The notes under the pieces are model-generated. The model was not told where the DNA came from. It did not search any database and saw nothing but the letters and a program-made list of their open reading frames with translations. The position numbers and the translations under genes are program-made. A stretch of 61,379 bases of DNA, counting the filler. It is 5 parts of 5 records of this genome, joined end to end, with 100 filler letters (N's around TTAATTAATTAA, not from the genome) between each part and the next. Parts side by side here need not be neighbours in the genome. Positions count along the whole stretch, not along the records: positions 56,287 to 61,379 come from SRR31156797_9839; 4 more parts are not named here. One strand, 5' to 3'. Position 1 is the stretch's first letter. Each line of letters opens with the position of its first letter. This document shows positions 58,627 to 61,379 of the stretch, one piece after another.

Positions 58627-60340
58627 GGTGAACAATATTCAGAGCACATATAATATTGAAAAACTAGACTTATCTAATGTCCCAACTTTGATAATTGATG
58701 ATGAGGGAGACCAAGCAAGTATGAATACAAAAGCCAGTTCCAATGCTAAGAGAGCAAAAGAAACTGGTATTCATACAGAGCAAGAAATGAGTACAATTTA
58801 TGGAAGGATTAGAGATTTAAAAAACATATTGCCACATCATACTTTTATTCAATATACGGCTACTCCACAAGCCCCATTATTCATAAATATTTTTGATAAT
58901 CTGTCTCCTAATTTTATCCAACTATTAACTCCAGGAGATAAATACACAGGTGGTTGTGCATTTTGTTTGGAAAACCATTTTATAATAAGACAAATTCCTT
59001 ATTCCGAAATATATAGTGACGACAACATTTTTGATGAAGCACCTGAAACTTTAAAAGAAGCTATGCGAACTTTCTTTTTAAGTGTTACATCAGGTCGTTT
59101 ATTTGGAGCAAAAAAAGGAAATCCAAAAAATCGTTCAATGATTGTGCATCCATCACGTTTAGTAGATGACCACGGAGTTTATTTTGACTGGGTTACACAC
59201 ATAAAAAACCTCTGGGGAAAAGTCTTATTGGAAAGACCTGATGATGACGAAACTAAACGGCAAATCATATCAGAGTTTAAAAAAGCATACAAAGACCTCA
59301 GAGGAAATGCTCCAGAAGTACAGCCTTTTGAAGAACTTTTGGAAACATTAGGTCATAACATTAACAGTACAGCAGTTGAACAACTCAACTCAAAAGCTGG
59401 AAGTTCTGTAGATTGGAGCAGTAATTATTCATTCATTCTTGTTGGAGGACAGGCAATGGACAGAGGTTTTACTGTTGAAGGTTTAACTATAACATATATG
59501 CCAAGAAATAAAGGAGTTGGAAATGCCGACACCTTACAACAAAGAGCTCGTTTTTTTGGCTACAAAAAAGATTATTTAGGACACTGTAGAGTATATCTTG
59601 ATGCAGAGAACATACACCTTTTTAGCGAATATGTGAATCACGAAGAGGATATACGAAAAAAACTTTTAGAGCATAAACTTTCAGGACAGCACCTAAACGA
59701 ACTGGAAAGAAGATTTGTGCTTGATGAAATGTTTAAGCTAACAAGGAAAAATGTACTATCTGAAGATTTAACAAGAACCACTTTTGGTAACAAATGGGTT
59801 AGAATAAGAGTTCCTCACGATAGTGAAATAATTATTGAAAGCAATAGAGCTACAGTTGACAGATTTATTAAAAAACATAAGGAGTTATTTGCAGAAGATG
59901 AAGGACATAATAACAGAACCGAAGAACAAAAACATCTTGTAGCCAAACTGCCTTTAAAAGAACTGCTTACAGATTTATTGAATGAATTGAAATTTACAAG
60001 ACAGACAGATTCCACCACCTATACTAACCTGAAATCTGTGATAGATTTATACACGGACGAGTTTCCTCCCGAAGATAGTTTTGTATATCTTATTGCCAAA
60101 GGTAATGCTAGAACTAGACGTTTAAAAAAGGATGAAATACAGCAATTATTTCAAGGGAAAAACCCAAGAACAGGAGATGTAATTTACCCTGGTGACGAAA
60201 AGATTAAATCTGATGACAGTGTAACTGTTCAAATCCACAATCTTGATTTTAGGGATACTGAATATAGCAACATTATTACTATTGCAGTTTGGATTCCTGC
60301 AAGACTTTCGCAATCTCTTATTTCTAAATTGAATGATTGA
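58616..60340 (+). CDS. Z1-domain protein, apparently N-terminally truncated
   Basis: LIIDDEGDQAS.NT, YTATPQA, SMIVHPS, VGG..MDRGFTVEGL..TY, DTLQQRARFFGY; no upstream Walker A. Confidence 0.85.
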   Translation: MVIRVNNIQSTYNIEKLDLSNVPTLIIDDEGDQASMNTKASSNAKRAKETGIHTEQEMSTIYGRIRDLKNILPHHTFIQYTATPQAPLFINIFDNLSPNFIQLLTPGDKYTGGCAFCLENHFIIRQIPYSEIYSDDNIFDEAPETLKEAMRTFFLSVTSGRLFGAKKGNPKNRSMIVHPSRLVDDHGVYFDWVTHIKNLWGKVLLERPDDDETKRQIISEFKKAYKDLRGNAPEVQPFEELLETLGHNINSTAVEQLNSKAGSSVDWSSNYSFILVGGQAMDRGFTVEGLTITYMPRNKGVGNADTLQQRARFFGYKKDYLGHCRVYLDAENIHLFSEYVNHEEDIRKKLLEHKLSGQHLNELERRFVLDEMFKLTRKNVLSEDLTRTTFGNKWVRIRVPHDSEIIIESNRATVDRFIKKHKELFAEDEGHNNRTEEQKHLVAKLPLKELLTDLLNELKFTRQTDSTTYTNLKSVIDLYTDEFPPEDSFVYLIAKGNARTRRLKKDEIQQLFQGKNPRTGDVIYPGDEKIKSDDSVTVQIHNLDFRDTEYSNIITIAVWIPARLSQSLISKLND

Positions 60341-61319
60341 TTTAAAAGCAATATACGATAAGTTACCATTACCGCATAAACAGAATACAAATTCGTATTC
60401 CGCTAATGCAATTAAAGGGTATAAAAATCATAGAATAGCCAAGAACTATGCTGATAATCCAAGCCTTTTAATATTTGTTTCTGAATACAATCAAGATTTT
60501 GGTATTTCAAATCAAAACTTGTTTAACATCAAGGTTTCGCATAATCAAAAATGTGAAATAGAAGCAAATAATAAAACGATTCAAAAACACTTTTCTGTAA
60601 TATCTTATACAGGACACAATAGTGATGTCAAAGATATTTTTCTTAGCACTTGTCAAATATTGATTCAATCTTTAGGTCAAACCCCTACAAACAGAAAAAT
60701 AAAATTTGTAGTTAGTAAGTTTATCGAGTTATTTAAATCTTTAAAAGAAACTCCTCAAAAATCAATACAGGGTCTTTGGGCTGAATTGTTTTTAATTGAA
60801 CAGTCCTCATTCCCTGAAAGAATAATTGATGGTTGGCATAGTATCCCAGAAGAAAAATTTGATTTCAGTTTTGGCAAATTGAGAATAGAAATGAAAAGTT
60901 CAGGTTCAGAACATAGAACCCATTTTTTTAATTCAAACCAGCTAAATCCTGTTCATAATACTGAAATAATTATTGCATCGGTACTTGTTAATATTAATTC
61001 AGGAGGTACTAGTCTGGTGGAATTGCTAAAACGATTGAATGACAAATTAAATGAATATCCAGACCAAAAGGAAAAATTACACCTTTTAGTTTATTCCATT
61101 TTAGGCACTGACTGCGATAAAATTAGCCAAACTAAATTTGATTATCAATTAGCTGAAGAATCAATTCGGTTTTACCAATCATCGGAAGTTCCTAAAATCA
61201 ACAAGATTGACATTCCAAATGAGGTTTCAAATGTTAAATTCATCAGTAACCTTACTAACTCAAAATATATCGATGATAATATTGATGACTTTATTAAAAA
61301 CTACATTGAAGATTATTAA
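60333..61319 (+). CDS. PD-(D/E)XK motif (DUF4420-like) protein
   Basis: GLWAEL, WH, KFDF, IEMKSS, HFF..NQL. Confidence 0.85.
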   Translation: MIDLKAIYDKLPLPHKQNTNSYSANAIKGYKNHRIAKNYADNPSLLIFVSEYNQDFGISNQNLFNIKVSHNQKCEIEANNKTIQKHFSVISYTGHNSDVKDIFLSTCQILIQSLGQTPTNRKIKFVVSKFIELFKSLKETPQKSIQGLWAELFLIEQSSFPERIIDGWHSIPEEKFDFSFGKLRIEMKSSGSEHRTHFFNSNQLNPVHNTEIIIASVLVNINSGGTSLVELLKRLNDKLNEYPDQKEKLHLLVYSILGTDCDKISQTKFDYQLAEESIRFYQSSEVPKINKIDIPNEVSNVKFISNLTNSKYIDDNIDDFIKNYIEDY

Positions 61320-61328
61320 ATTAAGAAT

Positions 61329-61379
61329 ATGGAAGAAAACAAATCTCAGATAGTTATATATCAAACTTCTGATGGACTA
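61329..61379 (+). CDS. Start of a probable RhuM-family protein (3' partial)
   Basis: MEENKSQIVIYQTSDG resembles RhuM/Fic-associated N-termini; only 17 codons visible. Confidence 0.5.
   Translation, partial: MEENKSQIVIYQTSDGL

Noticed and set aside
1-61379. CRISPR arrays, tRNA or rRNA genes
   Set aside because: No regularly spaced repeats or recognisable structural RNA genes seen by eye; a scan was not run

Overview
The window is not one genome. It is five unrelated contigs joined by artificial 100-nt spacers (N44-TTAATTAATTAA-N44). (1) 1-15698: GC-moderate prophage early region, probably deltaproteobacterial. It has a CI/Cro-type switch with three palindromic operators, a putative annealing protein and phage SbcD/SbcC. 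To its left is an AT-rich cargo/defence hotspot: OLD-family ATPase-TOPRIM plus TIR pair, DUF4160/DUF2442, RHH antitoxin with a deleted RelE, endonuclease I remnants, PilZ, an unrecognised paralogous gene family, and an HTH-IrrE/ImmA protein. (2) 15799-42059: Bacteroidota exopolysaccharide cluster, a T9SS beta-helix protein, ugd/uxs, and a signalling island (H-NOX plus hybrid kinase converging on an RsbS/T/X stressosome module and further hybrid kinases). (3) 42160-49333: a five-gene cluster (exported caspase-family protease, two CsgG-like proteins, outer-membrane barrel, Ser/Thr kinase with DUF4384-like ectodomain) behind sigma54-like promoter and enhancer motifs. (4) 49434-56186: very AT-rich Arcobacter-like housekeeping region, a two-component system and a two-partner secretion pair. 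(5) 56287-61379: Bacteroidota-like restriction-modification locus (C-protein, Dcm, putative REase, N-truncated Z1 protein, PD-(D/E)XK protein) with a structured repeat at the rearrangement point. The best candidates for an undescribed system are the caspase/CsgG/barrel/kinase cluster and the prophage OLD+TIR pair. All family and taxon calls come from motif recognition by eye; no database search was run.
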